Assembly: GCA_050575255.1 (NCBI GenBank)
Contig: JBNZDD010013727.1
Location: 3,644,598-3,708,597 of the forward strand
Length of the DNA: 64,000 nt
Source of the DNA: Harriotta raleighana
Lineage: Eukaryota
Direction: 5' to 3'
The position numbers were made by a program, and so were the translations under genes. The notes under the pieces are model-generated. The model saw nothing but the letters and a program-made list of their open reading frames with translations. It did not search any database and was not told where the DNA came from. Shown piece after piece: positions 27,842 through 40,735 of this stretch; the first letter of the stretch is position 1, and the number at the start of each line of letters is the position of its first letter.

Positions 27842-28056
27842 ATGATATGGGTTTTCTGCATTAAATGCAGATGGACTGCCCTCCTCTTCTGGAACAGTTA
27901 CGGTTGCTCCAGGTTTTGCCTCCTCGGGTTGAACATCCGTTATTTGAACATTGACCTCTGCAGGTTCTCCCTCAATCTGACCGTAATCATCGCCATAAAA
28001 GAGATCAGGCAACTGACGCCTTTCGCGTGCCACTGATCGTTTCTTCCTTTGTTCTT
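27842..28056 (-). CDS. CNMD: Chondromodulin-1 exon 6, furin site(s) and mature N-terminal domain
   Basis: (E)EQRKKRSVARERRQLPDLFYGDDYGQIEGEPAEVNVQITDVQPEEAKPGATVTVPEEEGSPSAFNAENPYH; 215 nt, phase 1/0; ttttgcag / gtgagt. Ends in the conserved AFN-x-x-NPYH. Confidence 0.93.
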
Positions 28057-30640
28057 CTGCAAAAAGAGAAATAATAATTGCATTGCAAATTTAATTTTGA
28101 CCTTCAATTGTTTCAGTGCTACAAAAAATATTCTTTCTCTTTGATAATGAGATCTGAATCCAGTACAAATCGATGAGCTGATGCTTTCCTATCTCTACTG
28201 ATTGTAAGACTTGACATAATGTGAAATTGGACAGTTCCTCGTATCACAGCCAACAGCTGGAAAACTGCCCAAAGATTGAACAAATTAAGACTAATATTGG
28301 CAATTCTTCAAAAAAGTCCTACGAATGAATGGCAGATGTGTGAAATGGAAAATTCACACGGCAATGCAGTACTCTTCTAGAACAAAATAAATCTTAAATA
28401 ACAGTGCTTCACTCATAGCAGCTAGGATATAATTGTCATACATAATGGGTAGTCTGTTTCCCTCAAAATCTGGCACACACACAGAGTAATCAGTGGAAAT
28501 ATATGTGAATAAAAATTAGGCGGCATTTATTGGGGGCGCGATGCTGGATATTCTGTCTGGACTTGTAAGTTTAACAACTCTTAGTCATAAATAGAGATTC
28601 CTGATGGATCTGTAGCTGTTAACTGCAGATATTTAGCTGGAAGATATTTCTTATTGCATGTCGAGATGGTTTGATATTTTCATGCTTATTGATGGCTCCA
28701 GCACAATTTTCCTTCACCACCACTTAACTTCTTGGTGGGATTTCTTTCAATTGAGAGAGAATGGGATTCAATTCCTATAATCTAATTTATCCTTCAGTAT
28801 AAATTCAGTGTCAATAATAGCATAACCACAGATATAAAAGGGTTTTGGAAAAGGCAGGTAAATGGGACTAAACACATAACATTTTGAGAGAGCAACAGAG
28901 GCACGATGGGCTGAATGGCCACCTGTGTTGTCAATTTCTATCACCTTTTTCCATTTGTATTGGATCAGAGTAAAGTGAGTTACATTTGTCTGATCTGTAC
29001 CATTTCAAACATAGATATTCCTCACTTAATTAAATCATGATATAGGTATATAAATCTAGGAATATCATTGTGTTTGAAAACTTCTTTAATCTTCATTCAA
29101 TGTTCATTTATCTTTGAGAACTGTGGTAACATTTCTGGAGCAAATGTCAAAAATGGGATAAGATTGATAGTTATTCTCAGAATATCATATATTGATCTTT
29201 AAATTATATACTGTCGCTTAATTTGGATTGCACAAAAACTTCCCCTGATATGGACTTGTGGTTTTAGATTGAATCTGTTTTAGTCCCCTGTTTACACTGT
29301 CAAAAAACAGTATGGAAGCAATTTTCTGAATTTACACTTGTGACAACACAGTCTGTTTGTGTTTTTGGGTTGCTTCAGCATCAGCCTTCATGCCATTTTT
29401 CGAACAACATCAGTGTCACATTGGAATAAATCATGCATCGCAAATCATGCTTCATTCTACTTTTTCAATATCTCTACAGGGAAACTTGCAACAGAAATCA
29501 TTTTTTTGTGGCAGATGAAAGATAAATGTCTAAATTTGAAAGCTGAAACACTTTATTAGAATGCAATGGGTCAAAGTACCCAATCTCTATGAGAACACAT
29601 CCTTCTGTCAGTGTCATTCTAAAGAAGCATTAAGTGGCAACTAGGCTTCATCCAAACATGATGCAGTTTTCGTCAAAGAACCATTCAATGTGAATCAATT
29701 GGGAGTGAAATTACTTGCAAGTCTATATTTTTCACTGTGACTGATAATGCTAGTTCAAGGACTTTGATTAAGTTGTAAAATTAGTGGAAAGAGGACATTT
29801 CTATCAAGCTGGTGTCACAGTTAATAAAATATGTAACATATATAGATGTAAATGTAAACCACAACCTCATATAATAATGTAGGAACTCAAGTTAAGTCTT
29901 TTCAAGAGTGAAAATAAAATGTGTGTATAGAAAGTAGATTTGTTTTTGGTGAACAAAAGTGATAAAGAAGTGTCAGTAAAAGGGAATTATTTGTGGTTCC
30001 AGAATAGGGTTAAGTCAAGTTGCTTTGCTTTCAAGTTTGTTTTCAAATTGTAAAGTCAACTTAAAATGGTTTGGATTATTTGAAAATTTGTAGTTTGTTT
30101 TACATAACAAAAGATAATTGTTCCATTCCAAGTAAAACATGTGTTATAGTTGGCTAAAGGTTTCTTTGTATACATTTTGTAAATTTATTCCTGTAAATTT
30201 ATAAATAATTACATTGTTCATGTTAAAAATATGATTTAATTTTGTTTCTAAAGGTTTTGGTTTCTTTCAAATCATTTAGTAAATTTATCCCTTTAAATTT
30301 ATAACTAATTATACAGTATTGTGCATTATTAAAAATATGATTACATGTTGCATTTATTGTATCACATTTATCAATTTAATATTGCATTAATTGCTTTCCT
30401 TGGTAGCTGAGAACCAGTTCACTAAGAACACTGTGAAAGGACAAACTAAAACTTAGCCAATGTTCCAAATCTCAGTACTCACAGTCAAGTGCTAAGGGAA
30501 GAATTAATATCTAAACTATAACTGAAACTTTCCAGGTATCCATCCGTCTGTACAACGTGAATATTGCAGCTATTATAGAATCCACTACAAAGACATGGTG
30601 AAAAGATTTCCTTTTTCATTATTACAGTTGGATCCTATCT

Positions 30641-30856
30641 TGGGTTGCCAACTCTGGTTGGACATTCCTCTGGAAGGAAGGAATGGTTACTATCATAAAG
30701 TGAGCGAGGTTAATGTTATGGAAGCATCATAAAGTGAGACAGCAATAAGTGGGTTAAACTCCTTATAATATCCCTAAATTCCAATAATTCCTGGCATTTG
30801 TTCTCCTCGGTTGCTCACAAAGACTCCAAGACAATCCAAGAGAATTAGCAACCCTG
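30641..30856. mobile_element. Decayed hAT-like MITE
   Basis: Imperfect TIRs tgggttgccaac ... attagcaaccctg; no clear TSD. Confidence 0.4.
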
Positions 30857-31118
30857 AACTCTTCATAACCTTTTCAAAAAGTTCCACTTTTTGTTAACCC
30901 ATTTCTTCAAGGAAAATTATTTAATCTCATGTTGCCTTGGCATAACTGATAATATTGTTCTGTTATTTATTTCCCGTAAAGTAACTTGTATATCTCTGTA
31001 AAGGTCCATGTTATGATCATATGTTTAAAGAACTAACTTTTTTTGACTAAAACAAACCCTGCATAGGTATGTTATCAGAATTACGATAGTAGATAGTGCT
31101 GATTGCTTCACTTGTTAC

Positions 31119-31272
31119 CTTTTGTGTATGTTGCACGAAGCCAGTAAATAGGGAGATCACTGCACAGCTCCAAAATCTTGGGGCTCAAGAAGCTATGGTC
31201 TTTGACGGGTTGTTCCGCTGCCACCCAAATAAGAGACTCTTCCTCAAACTTTGCAGGCATGATTTCATCTTC
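31119..31272 (-). CDS. CNMD: Chondromodulin-1 exon 5, BRICHOS domain
   Basis: EDEIMPAKFEEESLIWVAAEQPVKDHSFLSPKILELCSDLPIYWLRATYTK+G; 154 nt; ctttag / gtaaca. Contains the second BRICHOS cysteine. Confidence 0.95.
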
Positions 31273-31818
31273 CTAAAGAGGGCAACATCAAAGGTATCAC
31301 ATTTTGTCCATTGATTGTAAATGTGATTATGATTATTAAAAGCCGGTTTAACATTTGTTGCATTGCATAATATCAAAATTTAACTTAACCCTCAATGTAT
31401 GATTCCAGAAATGTGACTGTTAGAGGTCTGAGTTTCAGATTTACTGATGTAACTATGGGCGGAACATAAAGCATTCCCGGGAATCTCTTTTACTAAATTC
31501 AGCTTTGATTGGCTGTCCCATATTAAGGAATGTTTTAAAACAAAATTTCATAGCTGAGTTGATAAAAGCACTGAAACTGAGCAACAGAGACCGAGCAGAC
31601 TCCCAAGTTTGAACTCTCTGAAAGCAATTGTAGGATTGCTAAATTAGTCTCCGTATCCTGGCCTTGAGATGCTAGAGGGGATTTCACCAGAGCCACTAGA
31701 AAGTGAGCAGATATGAACATGATCGTTAAGTTAGTAGGCATTTTCCTCTTTCCCCTCCCAAAACACACCAACACTCATTTATATTAGTCATAGCTCATCT
31801 TGTTAATCTCTTATTTGT

Positions 31819-32189
31819 GGAGTCGTTTAGCACAGTGGTTAGAGCACTCGCCTCGCAAGCGAGAAACCTGAGTTTGATTTCCAGCAGGGCAAAATGTTGC
31901 GCAAGGTCCTTACTCCGCAAGCCTCTGTTTACCTAGCAGTGAGTAGGAACCTGGTTGTTAGTTGATTGGCGGATCACTTTTCCAGGGATAATGATGCCTT
32001 AAAAAGAATAAGAAATTGGTCACTCACTCAACCCATGACTGTTTGTGGGACGCTGCTGTGCGCAATTGGCTGCCACATTTTGCCCACAAAAATGTACAGT
32101 CAATTCATTTTACAGTATATTCTATGAAACACTTTGAAACCGCTCAAAGATGTGATAAGGTGCTGCCTCAAATGCAAGGATTATTATTT
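31819..32189 (+). mobile_element. Full-length tRNA(Ala)-derived SINE with L2-type tail
   Basis: Head ggagtcgtttagcacagtggttagagcactcgcctcgcaagcgaga (A box, CGC anticodon loop, degenerate B box); tail caaatgcaaggattattatt. Many relatives in the window. Confidence 0.85.
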
Positions 32190-33209
32190 ACGCCTTGTTT
32201 CATTTTTAAAAAATGTCCTGTTTGTTTACAATTAAAAACACAATTTGCGATAAACTAAATGGTTTACGTAATGTCTCACATCAGCAACTTGACACAGCGA
32301 GACAGATACAACAGACTCAAACAAAGGTCAGTCTTTCCGCTCGAATTGGTATCTGGTTCACTAGTCTAAATGCTGATCGTTTCTCCTTTTTTCCCTCTTA
32401 AGATGACACTTCCAGAAATAGGTAGCCCTATGTTGATGATACCACATGATGGTGCTGTTGGCACAAGGCTGAGATCTGCACGGCTTAACTGGTGAATGTG
32501 AATATCCTGGCACTATCATCAAACTGCTGTACATCAAAGGTTCATGCTGAAGTTGCTCAATGCTGAAGTTGCTGCACATATCAATCTTGCTCACTTACAT
32601 AAGGGCACAGCTATTGCGCAGAAAAGATAAAGTTCCACCCTTTGTTAACCCATTTCTTCAAGGAAAATTCTTTAATCTAATTGATTGATGAGAGATTTCT
32701 GATTGTTCCCCTCAGGCATCTCTGGAAAGAGAGTCGATGGAACATCTTGTGAAAAGGGCACCTTGCATTGCTTAGACAGGCATATAAATATGTCTTGTCT
32801 TGCTTAAAGGTCTTATATTAATACCCAGAAGTAAGATGCCAGCTGTTGGTACTTAATACAATCTCATGCAAGCAAAAGTTTAAATAAAGAAATATGAATT
32901 CAGTTTCTCTTAGGGTTTTTCGTAACTGAATTTCATACTTGCAGTGAATCTTGGCTGTTTCTGAGTAAACCATTATGTTTCTTCCATTTATACAATATAT
33001 TGAAAGGCTGTGTCAGTGTTTGTTAATTCTACAATATAAGTAGATTAATTTGTTTAGTCGGAACATTTTGTAGAATGTCAAATTAGGACTTAATAGTGAG
33101 GAAGATTGGTGTTCATTACAGTAACATTTTCAAATAAAACTACTGTATTATTCATTTTGCTCATTTTGCTCAATGATCACAGACGAGCATTTTATTCTGT
33201 TTTCCTTTT

Positions 33210-35530
33210 GCATCCTGGAGGTGAGAGGGGATGTGATGAAGGTGTAAGAAATTATGAAGATGTAGTACAAGGTGAATAAATAGGCAATTTCCAATTATTG
33301 GTAAGTCCATAACAGCGACACAAATATAAGACAGCCATTAAGAGTTTGAAAACAAAGTTCAAAATGAACATGTTTTTCAATTGATGTTGGCGAGAATGCA
33401 GAACGTTGAAGCTGAAAACACCAATGTTTTTAAGAGGAAACTCAATGGATACATGAGAGTGAAGGGAAGAAAGGGATATAAGAGGAGTATTAGGATGTGC
33501 AGAAGCTCAAATGGAGTATAATCAAACAGAATACAGAAAATGCAGAGAACTGAAAAAGGAAAGAGGGCAAAGAAAATATATGAGCAAAGATTTGTGGGTA
33601 ACATAAAAGGGAACATTAAAGTCTTATGTAAACATATGACAAGTAAAACAGTGATCAAAAGAAGGGTGGGGCCTATTGGGGACCAAAAAGGGAAACGTCT
33701 TGTGGAGGCAGAGGGCATGACTGAGATACTGAATGAATACTTTGCATCTGTCTTCATAAAAGAGGATGCTGCCAATATCATAGTAAAGGAGGAGGGGGTA
33801 GAGAAATTGGATAGGATAGAAATAGGTAGAGAGGAAGTACTGAAAAGTTAGTAGCCTTGAAAGTAGAAAATTGAATTCTGTCCTAGATTGAGGCGTTAGG
33901 GTGGAAATAGAAAAGGTTCAGATCACAATCTTTCAATCCTCTTTGGTTATGGGAGTAGTGCCTAAGGACCAGAGGATTCCAAAGATTACATTCCTGTTCA
34001 AAAAAGGGGAGAGCAATAAATCTGGTAACTACCGGCCTATCATCTTAACATCTGTGGTGGGGAAACTTCTAGTGACCATAATCTGGGACAAAACTTTTTT
34101 TTCTTAGAAGATGAATTAATTAATGACAATCAACAAGGATTTGTTAAAGGCAAACTGTGTCTGACAAACTTAATTTGAGTTTTTTGATGAAATAACAGAG
34201 TGATAATAATAATAATGTTTGCATTTTATATAGTGCTTTTCACATCTTTTAGATGTCTCAAAGAGCTTCACAGAATATGTAAAGTGAATTGATTGTATAT
34301 ATGTAGTGTATATAGAATTGCAGAAGGTGTTTCAAAAGGTGCCACATAATAGGCTAGTTAGCAAATTTAAATCCACAGGATAAAAGGGACAATGGCAGAA
34401 TTATTATATTTATAAAACACAGGTTAAGCCTCAGCCAGAGTACTGTATTCAATTATGCACTCTCAGACGCCGTTTGACGTGGAGGGTGCTATATAAATCC
34501 AAGTTGTTGTTGTTGTTATGGGCACCACACTTTAGGAAGGATGTCAAGGCTTTGGAGAGGGTGCATTAACCAGGATGGTACCAGGAATGAGAGGCTTCAG
34601 TTATCAGGAGAGGCTAGAGAAGCTAGGATTATTCTCCTTGAAGCAGAGATGGTCAAGAGGAGACTTAATTGAAGGTTTCAAAATTATGAGAGAATTCGAT
34701 AGGGTGAATATGGAGAAACTATTTCTCCAAGTGAATGGAGAAATGGATTTAAAATAGTTGTTAAAGGAAACAGAGGGGAGGTGAGGAAAAGTATTTTTAC
34801 GCAGCAAGTTGTTTGGATTCTGGAATGCATCACCTGAAAGTAGTGGTGGAAGCCAATTCAATAACAATTTTCAAGAAAGAAATAGATAATTATTTGGACA
34901 GTACAAATTTGCAGCGCTATGGGGAGAGAGTGTGGGGGGGTGGCATTGATTTGGACAACTCTTTTCAAAGAGCTGGCACAGACATGATATGCCAAATGGC
35001 CACCTGTGCTGTATAACTCTATGATTTCTGGGTACCACATTTTAGGAAGGATATGTAGGCCTTGGAGAGCTTGCAGAGGAGATTTATCAGAATGGCACTA
35101 GGGATGAAAGACTTTAGTGATATGGAGAGACCAGAGAAGTGAGGATTATTCTCCTTACAAGGAGAAGATTAAGATTACATTTTCTGAAAGTATTGAAAAT
35201 GATGATGGGTTTGATAGGGATAGGGAGAAACTGTTTACACTGGCTGGTTGATCGGTAATCAGAGGTACATAGATTTAAGATAATTGCCAAAAGAATTAGA
35301 GGGGAGAAGAGGGGAAAATATTGACTGAGTTGTTTTGGTCTGGAATGCACGATTAGAGACAGATTCAATAACAATTTTCAAAAGGCAATTGGATAGGTAC
35401 TTGAAAAAGAAAAAATTGCAAGTTTATGGGGAAACAGTGGATGTAACTGATTGCATAGCTCTTCCAAAGAAACAGCACAGGCACAATGGAAAGGATTGCC
35501 TCCTTTTGTGCTATAATATTCTAGGATTCT
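33210..35530 (+). mobile_element. Cluster of decayed CR1 LINE fragments with nested L2/SINE tails
   Basis: ILNEYFASVF, LFKKGESNKSGNYRPIILTSVVGKLL, YQERLEKLGLFSL..RGDLIE motifs; several CR1 3' ends (e.g. ctctatgatttc). Confidence 0.88.
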
Positions 35531-36999
35531 AAGAGAAATAGGGTTTACCATGATTTTAAACCACGTACACTGTTTTCTCTTAGGTATAATGCTGAATTGT
35601 GCTCTCCATGAGATTTTAGGACAGGTGAATCATATTTTGATGGTATTTCATTATCATGAGTAATACATTTTTCTCTGAAAAGAATAACTCTAACCATAAA
35701 AAGGAAACCTAAAAGCGCTGCATATATTATGCACAATATAATATTTGTTGAGGAGTTAATGAGTGGGGTGAGCTCTACTCCATTCATTAATAATATAGCT
35801 ACACTTTGAAACAATTGCTTCACTTAGTGGAGTGGAATAACTCTCAGAGAGTTCACCTATAAACTGACTTCACTGCATATACTATCTTCTTCCTAGATTG
35901 CCATCACAGAACCCAAAGATTAAAAAGATCTCAAGTATTTTAGTTTTTATTACTAATATAAAAGAAAACAGTTTACCTATTCACAAATCTTTGACGATAG
36001 GTCATAAACCCTTTTTTGTGTATATTTCCAAACTGGTGAAGTTCATATCCTCATTTAAAAAAAATCATTTTCGCAAGAGATCACTGGGGTAATATTTCAT
36101 CTGGCTCTATATTTACTTTATGAACATAGCAATTTAGATGTTATCAAATTATTTTCCCTGTATGCAATTTCTAGGATGAAGAAGGCCCATAGACTGATTT
36201 GATCTCATCTTTCCAGAATGTCCACACTTTCATTTTTCCTTCACAGCATCGAGCAGTTATGTAAATGAAGATTATCATTCAATAAACTCCTGTATTGTGA
36301 TGTAATCCTGTTAGGTACTACAGCAGTTACAAAATCTTATGGTCTCCTAACTTGTGGTTAGTTTGATACAATTTAATTGCACCAAATTTTCATCTATCAG
36401 TAAGACAGTATACATTCTGGCAACAGTTACAGTCTGCAGGTGCTGACTTTTGGAAAATTATTTGGCAGACATGTCTCCATTCCCTCATGCTATTCATGCT
36501 GTGGAATGACGTTAAATCTCCTGAGTGGATTCTTTTTAAAGGTAAAGGTAAACTATTTTCAAAAGAGATGCTGAAGCATTTTTCCTTGCAACTGATTGCT
36601 GTCAAAGCATTATTAACTTATTAGGTTGAAAGCTATAGTCTGATTATAGGCCTCTATGCGCAGTCAGAATACAAGTTGAAGAACTGACAGGCTTCAGTGA
36701 AGCGGAGATGAAATTAATTTACAAGACAATTCTGAGGTAAACTGTTTTGTACTAAAGAGCAATACTGTAGTATTTTGAATTCATTTTGTTCTGAGTCACT
36801 GATTAAATGACTATAATATTAAATAGAAACACAATGGAAATTGTTATATCTTTTTTGCTCCTGATTTATTTTGACATTTAAATATGAATGAGTTAATTCT
36901 TTCCCGAAAGTAAATTGAGATAAGATCAGCAAGCTTACTGAAGCGTTGATCGGAAGGTACTCAGCAACCTGCTGTATTTCTACCTAGGGTTCAGCCACA

Positions 37000-37449
37000 T
37001 TATAATAATAATCTTTGCAATAATAATTATAACAATGATGATGGTTGCATTTGATATGGCAATTTATCAAGTCTTGGAGACGTCTCAAAATGCTTCACAG
37101 GATATACAACAACAACAACAACTTCAATTTATATAGCGCCCTCCACGCCGGATATACTATAGAGTGATTTGACCATATATTTTGTGGGTGAAATGCAGCA
37201 GCAAATTACAAACAGCAGTGTCCCACAAGCAGTTGTGGATTAAAGTAATGAATTTTTTTTTTTTTTTTGAAGGAATTATTACCCCTGGAAAAACTGATCC
37301 GCCAATCTACTAGCAACCGGGTTCCTAATCCTAGGTAAAGAAAGGCATATGGAGTAAGGAAACTTGCCCAACATTTCCCCCTGCCGGAAATCAAACCCAA
37401 ATCTCTGGCTTGCGAGGCGAGTGCTCTAACCATTCACCTACAGGACTCC
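37000..37449 (-). mobile_element. tRNA-derived SINE with nested 42-bp L2 tail
   Basis: Head gcgaggcgagtgctctaaccattcacctacaggactcc; family body and tail. Confidence 0.8.
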
Positions 37450-37509
37450 AATATATCGTTAACAGCAGCAATTCTCAATGTAAATTTCACTTTTATAAAG
37501 ATTGAGATA

Positions 37510-38085
37510 TAGTTAACCCTCGTCGATCACGGGGGTTACATTCGTGGAGAACTGCGCACTCAACGAAATCGCATTGGAGAAGCTTAAGAAGTCATGGGAA
37601 AAGGGGGGTTAGGGGAAACCAGTCGCAGGCTACCCACCTCAAGCCACAGAAAGCTGCTTAGGGTCGGGCAATGGGGGAGCCGCTCAGAGGTCAGGGGCGG
37701 GCGGGGTGGGGAAGCCGCTCGGACTTTGTAGGAACCTGTCTCTCGCTCTTTCTCTTCTGTTTATCATGCAATACATCAGGCCGAACAGTTATCTAAACCT
37801 TACCCAGGAATCCATTGCACGCGGGGCCAGCCAGCCAAGGAATCAATCAGCTTTAGTCGGGATCTGCCAACCTCATCAAAAGTGCGCATGCGCACAGGAC
37901 CAGCCAGCCGAGGAATCATTGTATTTAGGTCGGCGACTGTTGGCAAACGCACACGTGCGCATGCATGAGGGTGCCAGCCACCGCATATATACAAGTTTTA
38001 CGCATGCTGCACAAAAACGTGCTGCTTTTGTTTCGTCAGTATACTTGAATTTGCAATTGATAGTCCCTTCGGCGAGAGTTAACTG
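37510..38085. mobile_element. Tc1/mariner-type MITE family B
   Basis: TA-tagttaaccctcg ... cgagagttaactg-TA; CpG-rich interior. Confidence 0.75.
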
Positions 38086-40344
38086 TATTATATATGAGAA
38101 AATACAATATCTCAATCTTTCTAAAAGTGAAATATATATAGTATAAATGCTTGTTGAATTACTTAGATGCAATAATTCTTTGTGATGTTATGGAGTGTGG
38201 TGAGAAGGGAAGTTTGTTGTATAAACGTGAAAGGTTTTCACCTTTTACAATAGATGGTGAGGAACCCATGGTGGAAGGAAATTATCTCCTCTGTTCAAAT
38301 ACTGGAAGATTTTTCAAATGCAAAAACAATATTTTTTGTTGGTCAAAAGACCCTGAATCTCTGGAATTCCTTGCCTCAAAACCTCATCTTGTCCACTCTT
38401 TACCCATCTTCAAATCACATCCTGGAGACTTTACTCTTTGACTGTGCCTACAACTACCTCCCTTTTCTTCCTTCCCAGCTTGGCATCAAACCATATTGTT
38501 ATTATGTCCTCAGATGCTTCCCGCATGAAGGCCACTGCATAAATGCACTGTATCGTCCCTCACATCCTCCACCCCACCAGTGTTGGTCGCACTTTCAATT
38601 ACTACGCTCCCATGCTCTAGAATACATTCCCCAATCCCTCCACCTTGTCCTCTCTTTCTCCCTTTTCAAGTAATGCCTGAAAACCTTCCTCTTTGTCTAT
38701 GCTTATAGTCACCTCCCCCAAAACCCCCCCAGGCATGGAGTCAGGCTCTGCCACTGTTTAGCGCTCTGAGATGCTACCCGACATGGAGGGCATAATTTAA
38801 GGGCAAGCTGTTGTTGTTGTAAAGAAGAAATTACATTCCTATTATTCAATATTTTCTGTTTTCAATTTGAACTAAATTATGGTTGTCACCAACTGTTTTA
38901 TCCACAATTAAGCAATTATTTTGGTTTGGTCAGCCGGCTATCTGTCATATCTGGAAACTCATCACCATTCTTTAGAATATCCAAAGCAGACAGAGTTTAA
39001 TGTTTGACACCAACAAAAAATAATTCCTCAAGAAAAAACTAAGAATAATTTGGTCACTCAATCCACGACTGTTTCTGGGACTTGCTTTTATTTTGTGGGA
39101 CTTGCAATTTGTTGCCACATTTTGCACACAAAATATTTCAATTAGAGTATATTCTCAGAAGCACTCTGAAATGCCGTACACCATATAAATCCAAATTGGT
39201 GTTGTTAATCTGTGAAGCGTTTTGATATGTCTAGAAGATGATGCAAGTGCTACATCAAATGCAAGAATTATTATTATTAACACATGAAAATGTCCCTTTA
39301 TCTCAAATGTGCAGAGGGATGCACTGTGCTTACCTAAATGCTAAAAAATGAAACAAGTTGTCAATAAATATCACAACTAAACTCAAAACACTAAAATTCA
39401 CTTGACCTCTAACACACGTACTTCCAGCAGATTGTTGGATTAGCATCAGTACCGTGGCCAATTTGCCCCTTCCTGAACAAGATTTCCCACAAAAGAAAAT
39501 AGCCCAATATTTGCCACTCTTAACCTTGGCAGTTTGTTTCTGAGTCAGTTCCATGTGGGTTCTGTTAAGGGAAGTGCGTTATGTGCCACAACATAATTGT
39601 ATATGTTACTCGCAAATATGAGCCGAATAAATTCTGGATGAGACCTGGGAAAATCACAAGTTAAACTTCGGTTGGAAATGCCGCGTTTCACTTTTGTTTC
39701 TATCTCCACCTTTGCTCCTCTACTGCTTCGGGCACAAGGTAAATGGGCCACAAGATGTTGGCTTTCCCTGTCCCACCTGTGTCTCATTTGCATTCCAGTT
39801 GTTCTACTAATTAGCCAAGGTGGGCTGGGTTGCTAATAATATCTAAGAAAGAATAAGTGCAATATATCATAAAACTCATTTCAGGTCAAGTTCACTGCAC
39901 AATTGCTCTTTGGCTAATAATGATGGCAAGTATTCCGAGCTTTATTTGTCTTCGCGGCCCCCAGCTTTCACTTGTCTTCTTTCATTTGAGACATTCATTT
40001 GCAGATTAGCTTCCTTAACCATCCCAACATTAACATTCATAGGAAATGGGCAACCAGGTCAAATGCTTTACTGAATCTGAATGTCACATTCAAGGGGAAG
40101 GTTTTGCCCCGGAGCAAGTGAACCTCCCATTGAATGACAATAGCATTGGATTGAAGTCTGTGGAAATGAATGAACTGTATTTCATACATTACTCTCGCTG
40201 ATGGATGACTGGTGGAGTCAGGCAACAATGTCTCCAAGTAACATTTTGATTAATATGTGAATTGTTTTCATATAAACGGACGTTACTTTTGTTATACTCC
40301 TGTAAACCTGTGGAAGTTTTAAAAATCTACATTTGAAAACCTAC

Positions 40345-40458
40345 TAGCTCAAAAGAAACCGCCTCTGTTTTCAAAGACTCAATATCTGGAAGATGTGCTT
40401 TAGCCTGTGCCTTGATGTAGCATTTCTCCCCTCCAGCAAAGTGGATTCCTGTAATTCC
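40345..40458 (-). CDS. CNMD: Chondromodulin-1 exon 4, BRICHOS domain
   Basis: GITGIHFAGGEKCYIKAQAKAHLPDIESLKTEAVSFEL; 114 nt; ttgcag / gtaggt. Not in the supplied ORF track; read manually. Confidence 0.95.
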
Positions 40459-40561
40459 CTGCAATACAGAAACAAGGTGTGGATGAATAATTCATATAAC
40501 ATATTTAAATTAATAACATTATTTCCCTCTTGGGTTTCTGAAGCATACTACAAAGTAAATA

Positions 40562-40735
40562 CAGTTAAACCTGCTGAAGGAACCACCTGCATTCAGCAAC
40601 CACCCCTTGTTAACAACCACCCTGAACAGTGCGGGCAGCCAGGATCACACTCAAATGTACCTTTACTCACAGTCTACTTTACAAAGGACACCATGGCCTA
40701 GTCCCCTGAGAAGTTACTGAAGACAGGATTGACTA
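40562..40735. mobile_element. Decayed short Tc1/mariner-type MITE
   Basis: TA-cagttaaacctg ... caggattgacta-TA (imperfect TIRs), internal repeated aaccacc motifs. Confidence 0.5.

Noticed and set aside
31819-31890. tRNA-Ala-like sequence (also at 13095, 10631 and others)
   Set aside because: SINE heads: degenerate B box and acceptor stem, each followed by SINE body and tail; not tRNA genes.
35545-35823. ORF containing FREKCI, superficially like CNMD exon 4 (GGEKCYI)
   Set aside because: The true exon 4 is at 40345-40458; this ORF has no further similarity.
37706-38146. 146-aa ORF
   Set aside because: Lies mostly within MITE B; no transposase or other recognisable motif.
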